Positions 42,001 through 51,645 are shown, numbered from the stretch's first letter. The stretch: DNA of 64,000 bases from Balanoglossus misakiensis (GCA_040954595.2 CM082578.2:16871603-16935602), one strand, 5' to 3'. Translations and numbers: made by a program. Notes: generated by a model not told the origin, from the letters alone.

Positions 42001-42818
42001 TACAAATTCATTAGCCCATTAAAAGCATTATCTGGCAATGAAATGAGAGAATTGTCTTGTAGATAAAGATCACGTAAATTTTCCAGACCATAAAAAGTAT
42101 TGTTATACAACGTTGCTATTAGGTTACTATGTAACTGAAGCTCCTCTAGGCTACGTAACCCTGAGAAAAGGTTTTCTTGCAGGGAGATGAGACCATTTAA
42201 ATACAAATCAAGGTGTCTCAAGTTGTAGAGGCCATTGAAGACATTATCTGGCAATGATCTAAGATAGTTACGTCTTAAACTCAGGTAAAATAGTTGTTCC
42301 AGACCGTAAAATACGTTTTCATCCAATACTGCTATTTCATTGGACTGTAAATCCAACTCCCTCAGATTAAGTAACCCCGAGAAGAGGTTTTCTGGTACTT
42401 CGGCAAGGTCGTTTGAAGATAGATCAAGAGTTGACAAGTCATCAAGGCCATAGAAGACGGTCTCTGGCAATGACGTAATGGAATTGCTGCCAAGGTCCAA
42501 GTCCTGAAGATTGCCAAGGCCAACGAACGCACCTACGTCTACATCGTCAATGACATTAATGCGCATATCCAATGCCAGTAGCTCAGATAGTTCAATAAAA
42601 GAACCATTTCCGATGTAACTCAACTTGTTGAAGTCGAGTTTGAGTACCGTTGTGTCTGATGGTATGTCTGGAGGAATCTCTGTCAAATCTGCAGACCCGC
42701 AGTCAACGGTCGTGTCATAGCAATAGCAAGATGTTGGACATCCTTCCGTTGTTCTAAGAACAGGATACACTACAAAAGCATATATCACTAATATTATCCT
42801 AGATGTAAGACCTTTCAT
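39099..42818 (-). CDS. Type I membrane LRR-Ig receptor (signal peptide, LRRNT, about 40 LRRs, LRRCT, Ig I-set, Thr/Glu stalk, TM, short tail), about 1239 aa, single coding exon
   Basis: ORF 39099..42962. The real start is likely MKGLTSRII at 42818, just after the acceptor TTTTCACAG| at about 42826. LRRNT CPTSCYCYDTTVDC; 24-aa LxxLxLxxNxLxxLPxxxFxG repeats; LRRCT NAWTCDC..C..C; Ig TLDC..W..DEGTYSCVASN; TM LTAYLLGVVSAAVIFCIVAFVAI. Confidence 0.93.
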   Translation of the reverse strand: MKGLTSRIILVIYAFVVYPVLRTTEGCPTSCYCYDTTVDCGSADLTEIPPDIPSDTTVLKLDFNKLSYIGNGSFIELSELLALDMRINVIDDVDVGAFVGLGNLQDLDLGSNSITSLPETVFYGLDDLSTLDLSSNDLAEVPENLFSGLLNLRELDLQSNEIAVLDENVFYGLEQLFYLSLRRNYLRSLPDNVFNGLYNLRHLDLYLNGLISLQENLFSGLRSLEELQLHSNLIATLYNNTFYGLENLRDLYLQDNSLISLPDNAFNGLMNLYRLDMSSNVLDYLQANVFSGLPSLEELHLDSNRITTLYNNTFYGLENLRYMYLQSNSLSSLPDKAFNGLMNLYRLDMSSNVLDFLQANVFSGLPSLEELHLDNNQITTLYNNTFYGLENLRYMYLQSNSLISLPDNAFNGLMNLYHLDMSSNVLDYLQANVFSGLPSLEELHLDNNQITTLYNNAFYGLEKLRYMYLQSNSLISLPDNAFNGLMNLYHLDMSSNVLDYLQANVFSGLPSLEELHLDNNQITTLYNNTFYGLEKLRYMYLQSNSLISLPDNAFNGLMNLYRLDMSSNVLDYLQANVFSGLPSLEELHLDNNQITTLYNNTFYGLEKLRYMYLQSNSLISLPDNAFNGLMNLYHLDMSSNVLDYLQANVFSGLPSLEKLHLDNNQITTLYENSFQGLDKLSYLYLNNNFLGSLPKGVFPGLGRLSYLYLDRNLITSLADTVFSDLKELYHLELFSNQLTLLPEKLFYGLVRLRYLYLQRNSITSLPGTVFQDLNDLEYLHLHSNNLTSLPENLFSKTQSIHTLYLDNNVITSLPETIFYNLHDLNDLHLHSNNLTALPENIFSKTQRLHTLYLDNNVITPLPETIFHGLRNLDHLSLHSNNLTCLHENQFIDIANLRYLSLYDNAISVLPEQVFHGLDRLPSLDLSRNSLTLLPERIFHGLTDLELVDVHSNSLQTLPENVFSGLDRLNEVYLYSNEIATLPGNIYDGLDELYRLYMYDNAWTCDCRLEDLRVWLDDNNDRLDLGPIPMICESPEHNTGKLLMELPLNNFTCYPLPVFYTTFKTITADVGESVTLDCAAVGVPDPVKYWVTPTGTVIHPQTEDNFTCTDEKVAQEEDGSLVIPFVEIEDEGTYSCVASNKEGTSSGIRTVRVTRTDNETETETETTTINTTRLTAYLLGVVSAAVIFCIVAFVAIRYRQKKSAKQSESYVYDQNALRACSSNHDDFTMELDEITSSERD
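40810..42160 (-). repeat. Coding tandem repeat: about 6 near-identical copies of a 216-bp unit (3 LRRs, 72 aa)
   Basis: The anchor agacatttgcttgcaggtagtcgagaacgtttgaagacatatcgagg recurs at about 40870, 41086, 41302, 41518, 41734 and 41950 (period 216). Confidence 0.95.
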
Positions 42819-45129
42819 CTTTACAGCTGTGAAAATAAAGAAGTTTGCCATGAAAAATATGCTAAAATATGAAGCGATCATAAATTTGAGCGCAAATGTT
42901 ATTTGAAGATAGATGGAAAACAAAAACAAAAAAGTGAAATGCATTTGAACAACAAAGGACATTCTGTCAACTTAAGTGAGACGTTATCAGACACGCTTTG
43001 TGAATGTAGGTATGTCGGCCGATACGAAAAATTATGATTCATGATTCTTTATGAAAGAATGCATGGTGAAACAAACTCTTTAAAACAGGAAATAGCATTG
43101 TTCCTGGAGGGTACCGGTAATTAAAGTGACAAGATCCCATGACTTGATACTTTGAACCCGCGGAAATCTTCAAAAGTGGCAAAATTCTAAAAATACATGT
43201 TCTTCATTTTGGTTACACGGAAATAATTGAGCGAAGACAGAAATACATTTCTCACTTATTTTAGTTAGTCGTTACCATGGCTTTGAGATAAATTGACCAT
43301 GACATCTTTTGTGCATCAGAGGCTATCAAAACCTGCTGTGAAAACGAAGAGACCGGTTGCATTATTCATTATCCACCGGCATTCTGCTCGTTTCTTAATT
43401 CAAAGATACAAGCCAAGCAGAGGGTAATCTGGGTATTTGAAGCAAAGTTTGGACGTTTCATTTCGTTTGATTCTATGACATGCCTCTGTACATTCGACTG
43501 CACGACTTGGGACCCCACATAAATATTTTCACATATTTTATTGTCGTTTGCAACTTTTTGTTTTAATTTAAATGTTATAATTATCGTCACATTACACAAA
43601 ATAATTTTGTCGAATATATTTTCAGGAATGAGGGATATCAAAAGATTCCTAATCTCGGAAATTCATACAGTTCTCACGCGACCGTTTTATATACGAACAT
43701 TTCGACTATTAATTCTGATAACAACCGAGGGGAATATCTATTATCAACAACCTTTGGAGTTTAGATATAAAGTAAACGTCTCTTGTGATAAAGGGAAATG
43801 CCTGTGCCATGCACCGCGCGCAGAGTAAGCCTCTAACAATTCTAAAGGCCATGGTATGTTCATGATTATCTGAACCAGTGTGTTGAGGGTCCAACTGATG
43901 CTGAATTATCAAATGCTTAACCGATCTTGCGTGACCGAATTCCGATTACAACCAACTGCGATAATCATTATCAGCAACCTTCGGAGTCTTGTTTATTCCA
44001 TCATGGATCCCCCGAATCTCTAACGATCGAGTGAACACGATTATCTCAGACTGAACAAAAATGTAAATGACGGATAAGCATGGTACAAAGCAGTCAAATC
44101 TTCGTCGTGGATGTCCACTCACTTCTTGGACAAGATTTCGACACAGCCGTGTGAGCAAATTTCAAAAGATTATTTGCAACAGCAATTGGCGCATTGCAGG
44201 TTGCCTGGTGAGGTTTCAAAGATGTCTACGTGCAGCAAGTGCCCACAGGTGTCACGGTTCGTCTTATGACAATTAATCAAGCACAGCAAACTCCTGCAAT
44301 CGCCATCGCACACAAAATCTATTACTCCTTTGAAATGACTATTGAAGATAAACAGCCGTGCTCATATTGCAGATTTTTAAAAGCAGGCATGTATTCTTCA
44401 TAGTCGGATGTCTGTTTAATCAGTGTGCCATTTGCTCAGGTTCGTTTGTAACGAAGAAATGAAAAATATTGTCGTGTAAATAGCCGTTATGAGACAAACA
44501 TGCGCATCACAAGGGATTCATGAACATGTAGCATGGAATGCTAACAAAGGAAACAAACGTGAACAAAACTGTCTGCAAATTACCCCTTACCTATAAGACG
44601 CAACGGAATATCCAGTGCCGCACCAGAGCTGTTTAGTTGGCTATATCCCTCAGCAAGTTGCCTTCAGGCTTGTTAATGAGTAATTAAATATAAATTGGGA
44701 CGTGCCGCTTGGCCATTTAACCCCACTATGTCATAGTTAGCTTTGTTAAGTTAAAACAGTATCATCGCCAAACGAACGTGTCAGCATGTAATACTCGGTG
44801 GTAATTAAGAAGGCTCTCCATAATTACATTCTTATAGCGACCTCGCCTGTCGAAGAATGGTAGCCATTAGGCCCCATACACTTTGGGTAAATGGTGAAAC
44901 AGGTCTTGCCTGACAGTTTGTACCTCACACTTGTGAAGACAATAAAAGTCAAAGTCCTTCCTTCCTTTCTTCCTTCCTTCCTTCCTTCCGTACTCTTTTT
45001 TCGTTCGTTTCACTTCTATGACAAAATTTTCGAACTCTGACAGTATGTGGACCTTGGGCCCTGCATTTTTTGTACTGTACGTCCGATCTTCACCTTCAAC
45101 TTCACCTTCACCAACTCCACTCTACCGCT

Positions 45130-45260
45130 ACTGCCACAACAGGTTGTGTTGATCTGGCTGAGATCTTCTTCAAGGATTTCTTGATCATACATAATCTCTC
45201 GTCGTGTGCATGTGTTGTCGGTTTGTTTAAAACCACCACTTTGCCCATCGCTTTGCAAAG
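45130..45260 (-). mobile_element. Possible degraded LINE reverse-transcriptase fragment
   Basis: The minus-strand peptide FKQTDNTCTRREIMYDQEILEEDLSQI resembles the 'FADDT.LYR.I....D...LQ.DL..L' segment following the RT catalytic motif of CR1/L2/RTE-type LINEs. It is short and the catalytic DD is not intact. Confidence 0.35.
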
Positions 45261-46516
45261 CAATTGACACATTTTGATCGCCTCTTATTTGTATTAACCG
45301 TGCCAGGTGTTTCTGCGACGAAAGTGACGTATTGCGTAAAGGGCGCATGCTCAGAGCCGCCGTTCAACGTACCAAGCTAAGATGTCAACCAAGCTAAGAT
45401 GTAGCCAAGTACGCCACCTACGAATAGAACCACAACCAGGGCAGTCATCGTTGTACATGTATTCAAATTCTTCTCGACGGGGATCGGACTCGGCTTTGTG
45501 CTCAGGGTGCTTGTTTTAGTAGTTGTAGACAAGACACCTTCTTTTATTTCGTTTTTGTGATAATAGTTGTGGCTTTGTTGTGTTCGGCGTCAATGTAGTG
45601 GCATTCCACGCCCACAAATACAGGTGTTCTGACACCTGTTGCTGCACCCTCTCTGTTCGTACGTGGTCATGCATAAATACCATCCCCTCTTCCATCGTCT
45701 GGCCCGACGACCTTTCCGACAAGTGTCTTCCGGATGTGAATGTTTTTCCGAACCGCTTCAATTCTGACAACACTTTGACCGACTACTCTCGTCGACCAAC
45801 CGGAGCGATACATTCAGAGCCGACAACTACTTTGGGAATCGTCACCCCCTCAGTTGTCGGTGTTTGGTCTAATTTGCATAGAACGCGAATTTCGCAATCA
45901 TTGCGGGTCATACTGACAAGGGATAAAGGTTAGGTATGTCAGGTCAGTGGTAGACGACCTGGCACTTCAAAAAACATGTTGACGTACATGTTTATTGTAT
46001 CTGCTATACATTGCCAGCCTAGGATATCGATTGAGACCTCTCTGTCCACGTCGACTGCCGGAATTTATTGCTGTGTTTTGCTTTCCTCGTGATTTAAAAT
46101 GCCGATAAGTCGATTGGCGGTTGACATTTTCATATATTGGCAGTGATTACATGATCTGGGTCAATCGGTGAAGTACCGAATTCAGCACGGACCGCAAGAC
46201 GCACTTTACAACTTTGTTTAACTGTAGTAAAATTATGTTATCGGTACTGGTAAATTATGTAAGCAATTTCGAACACATTGTGAACGACATGTATGAAAAC
46301 TGTACTGGATCAAATACATTTCTAAACTTCCCTTGCATAACTGTCAGATTTGAAAAAAATCACTGTAGCTCCAAGCCGTGCATGTATAATAAATGCCTCA
46401 TAAATGTGTGGCTTAAAGGGCACTGTAACTAATGGGCAATGGGTCCATTGTGTTAACACATAATTTGCTATTATCTTTGGCAATGGCTTAAATTTGTATG
46501 CTGTTAAAAACCGGTT

Positions 46517-48961
46517 CTAAAATTCCTTTATGCTTTCATAAATATTTCCTTCACTGGTTTCAGGCGAAAGGGATGCATAATGGGATTGCGTCTCATCAAA
46601 TGCCGCGGCATTTTCATACATGAAATTTGGTTGTCCTTCAAGCGTTCTAGGCGGTGGGGTTACGTAGCGATCAGGTCGCATTTCTTGCAGATCGATATTT
46701 GAGTCTATTCCCCTTGCAGTCTCATCCTTGGAACTGTGAACAGTATCAGCTAAGTGGCATCCACGACGACAGAATCTGATTGAAAATAATACCCCGCCCA
46801 CTGCCACAGCTGCAATGATGCCAAGAATGAAGCCACCTATGCCCCACACGAACTGAACACTGGTGCTCTTTGCGGGCGCTGGGAGAGATGCCGTGTTGAA
46901 ATTGTCCGTTGTGGCCGTTGGGACGTGTGTGCTTCCAGTCGATGACAACAGTCCTTCAGTACTTCTCTCTTCATCTGTCGTCGAGACTATGCTTTCGCTG
47001 GTAACTGCTGATGATCTTATACCGTCTGTCAAAGTTGATGAGATCATATCCACAGTACTTGTCTTTTTATCGGTCGTCGAGGATTTACTTTCGTCGGTAA
47101 CTGCTGAAGATCTTATACTGTCTCTCGTCGTCGTTGGTAAAGGTGTACTTCTCTCTTCATCTGTTGTCGAGACTATGCTTTCGCTGGTAACTGCTGATGA
47201 TCTTATATTGTCTGTCGTTGTTAGTGACGGAAGGGTTGTTTGTTCAACGTGATCAATGACCAGCGTTCTCACCCCGGAAGACGTCCCTTCTGAGTTCGTC
47301 GCTACACATGAATATGCACCAACATCCGCCATATCTAGAGCCGTGATGAAAAGGCTTCCGTCATTTTGTTGAAAAATCTTGCCCTCCGAACATGTATTTT
47401 CCATGCGGGAACGTATGACCTTACCATCGGGAGCAACCCAATATTTTTGGGGATGAGGCACGCCAACTACGTCACAGTCCAGCGTTACATTGTTACCCGA
47501 GGAAGCGGTGATTGTTTTGAAAGTTGTGTTGAATACCGGGACAGGATAGCATGTGAAGTTATTCAACGGGACTTGCAACATAGCGCTGTTTGCATGGAGC
47601 ACAGGCGATGCACATCTCGGTATTGAATCACTAAAGTCCAACCGGTGATCGTTGTTATCCAACCACACTCTAACAGGTTTCATACGACAGTCACATGACC
47701 ATGGATTGGAGTAGATGTATAAATAACGTAACTCATCCAGTCCATCGAATATATTTCCGGGTAGAGTTGTGATATCGTTACCGTACAAATACAATCGGTA
47801 TAATTTATCTAAACCATAGAATGTCTTCTCCGGTAAAGTTGTGAATGCGTTGTTATATAAGTAGAGGTTTTGAAACTCGGTCAGGCCGCTGAATATGTTT
47901 TCTGGTAACGAGGTCAGAGAATTGTCAGCGATATGCAGAGTACTCAACCTTTCAAGTCCTTGGAATATGTTTTCAGGCAACACGCTGATTTCATTATTAT
48001 GTAAATACAGACTCTGAAGATTATTCAATCGGTTGAACTGCTTTTCAGAGAGACAGGTCAATTTATTGCTACCTAGGTCAAGAGTGTTAAGCGTGCTGGG
48101 GAAGTTATATTCAGATATATTTGTGATTTGGTTCCCGTTTAAGTTGAGGTAATATAATTTGTCTAAACCATTAAAAATATCATCAGGAAGTTCTTTGATC
48201 TGATTTCCGCTAAGGTGGATTGTCTGGAGACTTCGAAGGCCGTTAAAGATTGAAGGCGATAGGTTTGTGATTTGATTCCCGTAAAGGTATAAGGAATACA
48301 ATCTGTCCAAACCTTCAAAAATATCATCAGGAAGTACTTTGATCTGATTTGTGCCAAGGTTGATTGTCTGGAGACTTCGAAGGCTGTTAAAGATTGAAGG
48401 TGATAGGTTTGTGATTTGATTGTTGTAAAGGTATAAGGAATACAATCTGTCCAAACCTTTAAAAATATCATCAGGAAGTACTTTGATCTGATTTGTGCCA
48501 AGGTCGATTGTCTGAAGATTTCGAAGACCGTTAAAGATTGACGATGGTAGGGAGCTTAATCTGTTGTTTTGCAGGTTAATATACACCAACTCATGCAGAC
48601 CATCCAAGAGAGACTCGGGTAATGACGTCAGCAGATTAATATAAAGGTAGAGGTCCTGCAGACGTTCAAGATCAACGAATGCATCTTCAGCAATGTAGTC
48701 AATTCTGTTTCTGTTCAGATACAACTGCAACAGTTGGGAATACCCAACAAAGGAGCCATTACCAATCCGAGTTATCTGGTTATATTCCAAGCGAAGAATC
48801 GTCGTATTAAGCGGTATATCCGAAGGGACTTCAGTCAAACCTTGACCTTGACAATCAACGGTCGTACCGGTACAAGAACACTGAGTTGGACATCCGGTGG
48901 ATGTGCACAAAAGTGTCACAGCAGCCACAGCCAAGGCAAATGCATATTTCAAGATATTCAT
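46517..48961 (-). CDS. Type I membrane LRR-Ig receptor paralogue (LRRNT, about 15-16 LRRs, LRRCT, Ig, Ser/Thr mucin-like stalk, TM, Tyr-motif tail), about 814 aa, single coding exon
   Basis: ORF 46517..49117. The likely start is MNILKYAFALAVAAVTLLC at 48961, after the acceptor CATTTCTAG| at about 48984. LRRNT CPTQCSCTGTTVDC; LRRCT NPWSCDC; Ig TLDC..W..DVGAYSCVATN; TM FVWGIGGFILGIIAAVAVGGVLFSI; tail motifs YVTP, MYEN, SHYASL, NIYESI. Confidence 0.93.
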   Translation of the reverse strand: MNILKYAFALAVAAVTLLCTSTGCPTQCSCTGTTVDCQGQGLTEVPSDIPLNTTILRLEYNQITRIGNGSFVGYSQLLQLYLNRNRIDYIAEDAFVDLERLQDLYLYINLLTSLPESLLDGLHELVYINLQNNRLSSLPSSIFNGLRNLQTIDLGTNQIKVLPDDIFKGLDRLYSLYLYNNQITNLSPSIFNSLRSLQTINLGTNQIKVLPDDIFEGLDRLYSLYLYGNQITNLSPSIFNGLRSLQTIHLSGNQIKELPDDIFNGLDKLYYLNLNGNQITNISEYNFPSTLNTLDLGSNKLTCLSEKQFNRLNNLQSLYLHNNEISVLPENIFQGLERLSTLHIADNSLTSLPENIFSGLTEFQNLYLYNNAFTTLPEKTFYGLDKLYRLYLYGNDITTLPGNIFDGLDELRYLYIYSNPWSCDCRMKPVRVWLDNNDHRLDFSDSIPRCASPVLHANSAMLQVPLNNFTCYPVPVFNTTFKTITASSGNNVTLDCDVVGVPHPQKYWVAPDGKVIRSRMENTCSEGKIFQQNDGSLFITALDMADVGAYSCVATNSEGTSSGVRTLVIDHVEQTTLPSLTTTDNIRSSAVTSESIVSTTDEERSTPLPTTTRDSIRSSAVTDESKSSTTDKKTSTVDMISSTLTDGIRSSAVTSESIVSTTDEERSTEGLLSSTGSTHVPTATTDNFNTASLPAPAKSTSVQFVWGIGGFILGIIAAVAVGGVLFSIRFCRRGCHLADTVHSSKDETARGIDSNIDLQEMRPDRYVTPPPRTLEGQPNFMYENAAAFDETQSHYASLSPETSEGNIYESIKEF
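48150..48560 (-). repeat. Coding tandem repeat: about 3 copies of a 144-bp unit (2 LRRs, 48 aa)
   Basis: aaaaatatcatcaggaagt..tttgatctgattt recurs at about 48173, 48317 and 48461. The peptide LQTIxLGTNQIKVLPDDIFxGLDRLYSLYLYxNQITNLSPSIF is repeated. Confidence 0.9.
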
Positions 48962-49736
48962 CGTGGAAGGCCTCACGGAAGAGTCTAGAAATGGATTAGC
49001 AACAATCACGTCTTCTGTTGGCCTGATGATGCTCGAGTTTATTCTCGCTCTGTATAAGAAATGTCTAATGATTATAATACAAATACACAAATACGAAGTC
49101 ACAACGGGAAGTAACAATGGCGTTCAGCCTCATCTACAGTAATCCACAGAACGAGCATTTTTACAAGAAAACGGGGAACTAAATAACTTTGTTCACTCAC
49201 GTCAGTGGATTTACTCTCTCCAGTGGCCCAATTCTACCTATAGGATTAATTTTTGCCACATTCTACATCTTATTTATGCAGAAAAAGAGTCATACCGGCT
49301 GATCTTACCTCGTATATGGCGTGCGCTTCAAGGCTCGCAGTTTCTACTGCTCGCATTTTCAAGTTACACTTTATAATGGTTGAGTATTTTATAACGATGT
49401 GATTTATGGATTAATTTACAATGGCAGTACCCAGTCGTATCAAGGACAACAGATATAATTTGTGGCCAGTTCTTCAGTGCTTGGTGGCAGTGTTGCGTCG
49501 ACTACAATTTTCCTACCTATACTAGCATGACTCTTAAAATGCCCACACAGTCTTCTGCTTTACAACAGAGTCTGTGCGTGTTTAACGGAACCTTGCCTGT
49601 CAGTGAAAAATACATATTTCCCGCTAACAATACTGACTGTAAACACACGGGCTTTGCTGATTGGCTATATGCACTGCCTCATGGTGTAGGGAGTTGAATA
49701 AGAACTTGCAGTTGACACACACGGAGATAAATATTA

Positions 49737-50058
49737 GACACTCACTTCATTTGCTTGTTTTGCAGATGCAGAGACGATATCAACTCATAATGGTATTCAT
49801 CAACCAAGCTGGGACCTAATTGACCAGTTATTTTCGCCATGCAGCAGTATAGCTGGGTGCGGTAAGGGCAGTATGTTAAATGGCTGATCGATCATGAATA
49901 TCACAGACATTCACTTCATTTCCGTGTTTTGCAGATGCAGAGACGATATCAACTCATAATGGTATTCATCAACCAAGCTGGGACCTAACTGACCAGTTAT
50001 TTTCGCCATGCAGCAGTATAGCTGGGTGCGGTAAGGGCAGTATGTTCAATGGCTGAAC
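49737..50058 (+). repeat. 169-bp direct tandem duplication containing an exon-like 96-nt unit; diverged third copy at about 50730-50820
   Basis: gttttgcagATGCAGAGACGATATC...GCTGGGTGCGgtaagggcagtatgtt occurs at 49766-49861 and again at 49935-50030. Confidence 0.9.
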
Positions 50059-51177
50059 GAAGACCAGAGGTTTCAAGCAAGGTTTGACAAGCGATATAGA
50101 CATCAAAGCCCCTCTTTTCATGGTGGCCATTTTGAAGATGTTTTTTTTCCGATTCAGACTGGTGCCGTTTCCCAGTCAAGCGAACTGAATTTGCACAAAC
50201 CTGCATGTAACAATATGGACCCGGTACTATATGTGGATTTCAATTCAATGTTTTAAAACCAACCTGGCTGCTATATGCCAGGGGTGGCCATTTTGTTATG
50301 GCACAAACATGTCCGCCATCTTTGTAGGAGACATTCCATTTACATGTACATACTTTTCATTTATTCCAGGGATCTCATAGATGATGCTAAGATGATTGCC
50401 AGCCTATGTGATTGATGTCCAGAGATTACCGCATGGTTATGGGAAGGTAAGAATTATGGGAAAGAAAATTGAAGCAATTACAGACAATACATGGTAGAGG
50501 TATGTGGGTGGGGTGTGTTTGTTCACAATGTCCAGGAGTTGTCAGTTTAACTAAGTACAATTATAAGCTTATATTGGCATCTCTATCGTTGTTGCAATAA
50601 AATTTAATCCAGATGCCAAATAGAGTGAAATTCCAGGCAGCCATACAGATTCGCATGATGTACCATCTGCGAATGAACAATTGGCGTACAGTGATGATCA
50701 TGCGTTGTTTTCATGTCCATGTATATTATAGACATTCATTTCTACATTGCTTGTTTTGCAGATGCAAAGACCGGCAACCAAGCTGAGGACGGAGTGTCCA
50801 TTTTCCGCGATGCAGCTGTAACTGTTACTGGCAGTCTGCAGTGAGACCACTTAACAGTTCTTCATAGAACATTGTGTAGAAGTATAATTAGTATGCATTG
50901 CATGGAAGATTTGTATCCATCAATGGAGATGCAACGAAAATGGTTTGAGTTTCACAGAAGTAATGTACTTGCTCCTTTTTCATATTGTTAGTCTACAGAT
51001 AATACTGTAGACATGTATCCTCTTTTGTTGATGTTTTCAAAACTGTGAAATTAAAATTTTCAATGAACGAGATTAAAATGAAATACTTGTGTCTGTATCA
51101 TTTTATTACCCCAACACTGCCTTGATGTTGAGATAATTGAAACGGGTAAGTTCAAAGGTCGACCCGTTAATTAATGA

Positions 51178-51645
51178 TATTAGCTCATGAAAATCGTCAA
51201 AAAATGACAATTTTTCGACTCTGCGAAATTTCAAAATTTGGTCGATTTTTGAAAAAATCATGGGTTATAGCTCATGAAAATCATCAGGAAATGACAATTT
51301 TTCGACTTTGCGAAATTTCAAAATTTGGTCGATTTTTGAAAAAATCATTGGTTATAGCTCATGAAAATCGTCAGAAAATGACAATTTTTCGAGTTTGCGA
51401 AATTTCAAAATTTGGTCGATTTTTGAAAAATCATGGGTTATAGCTCAAAAAATCGTCAGAAAATGACAATTTTTCGACTTTGCGAAATTTCAAAATTTGA
51501 TCGATTTTTGAAAAAATCATGGGTTGTAGCTCATGAAAATCGTCAGAAAATGACAATTTTTCGACTTTGCGAAATTTCAAAATTTGGTCGATTTTTGAAA
51601 AAATCATGGGTTATAGCTCATGAAAATCATCAGAAAAAAACAATT
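51178..51645 (-). repeat. About 5 copies of an 86-87-bp satellite variant, inverted relative to the main array
   Basis: tagctc recurs at 51181, 51268, 51355, 51441, 51527 and 51614. The unit is the reverse complement of the 88-bp monomer with diagnostic differences (ggtcgatttttgaaaaaatcatgg vs ggtggtttttcgacaaaaaccatgg). Confidence 0.95.

Noticed and set aside
42819-42962. N-terminal extension of ORF 39099..42962 (and similarly 48962..49117 of the second LRR ORF)
   Set aside because: These stretches contain polypyrimidine tracts and AG acceptors just upstream of the signal-peptide Met. They are most likely intron read-through.
45480-45940. GC-richer segment with ORFs 45516..45773 and 45580..45933 between the LRR genes
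   Set aside because: No recognisable domain in the frames examined. It may be a transposon remnant but this cannot be supported from the sequence alone.
43000-46500. Orphan LRR donor cassettes flanking the receptors, as in VLR loci
   Set aside because: No LRR-encoding fragments were recognised in the intergenic ORFs or by eye, so there is no evidence here for VLR-style somatic assembly from flanking cassettes.
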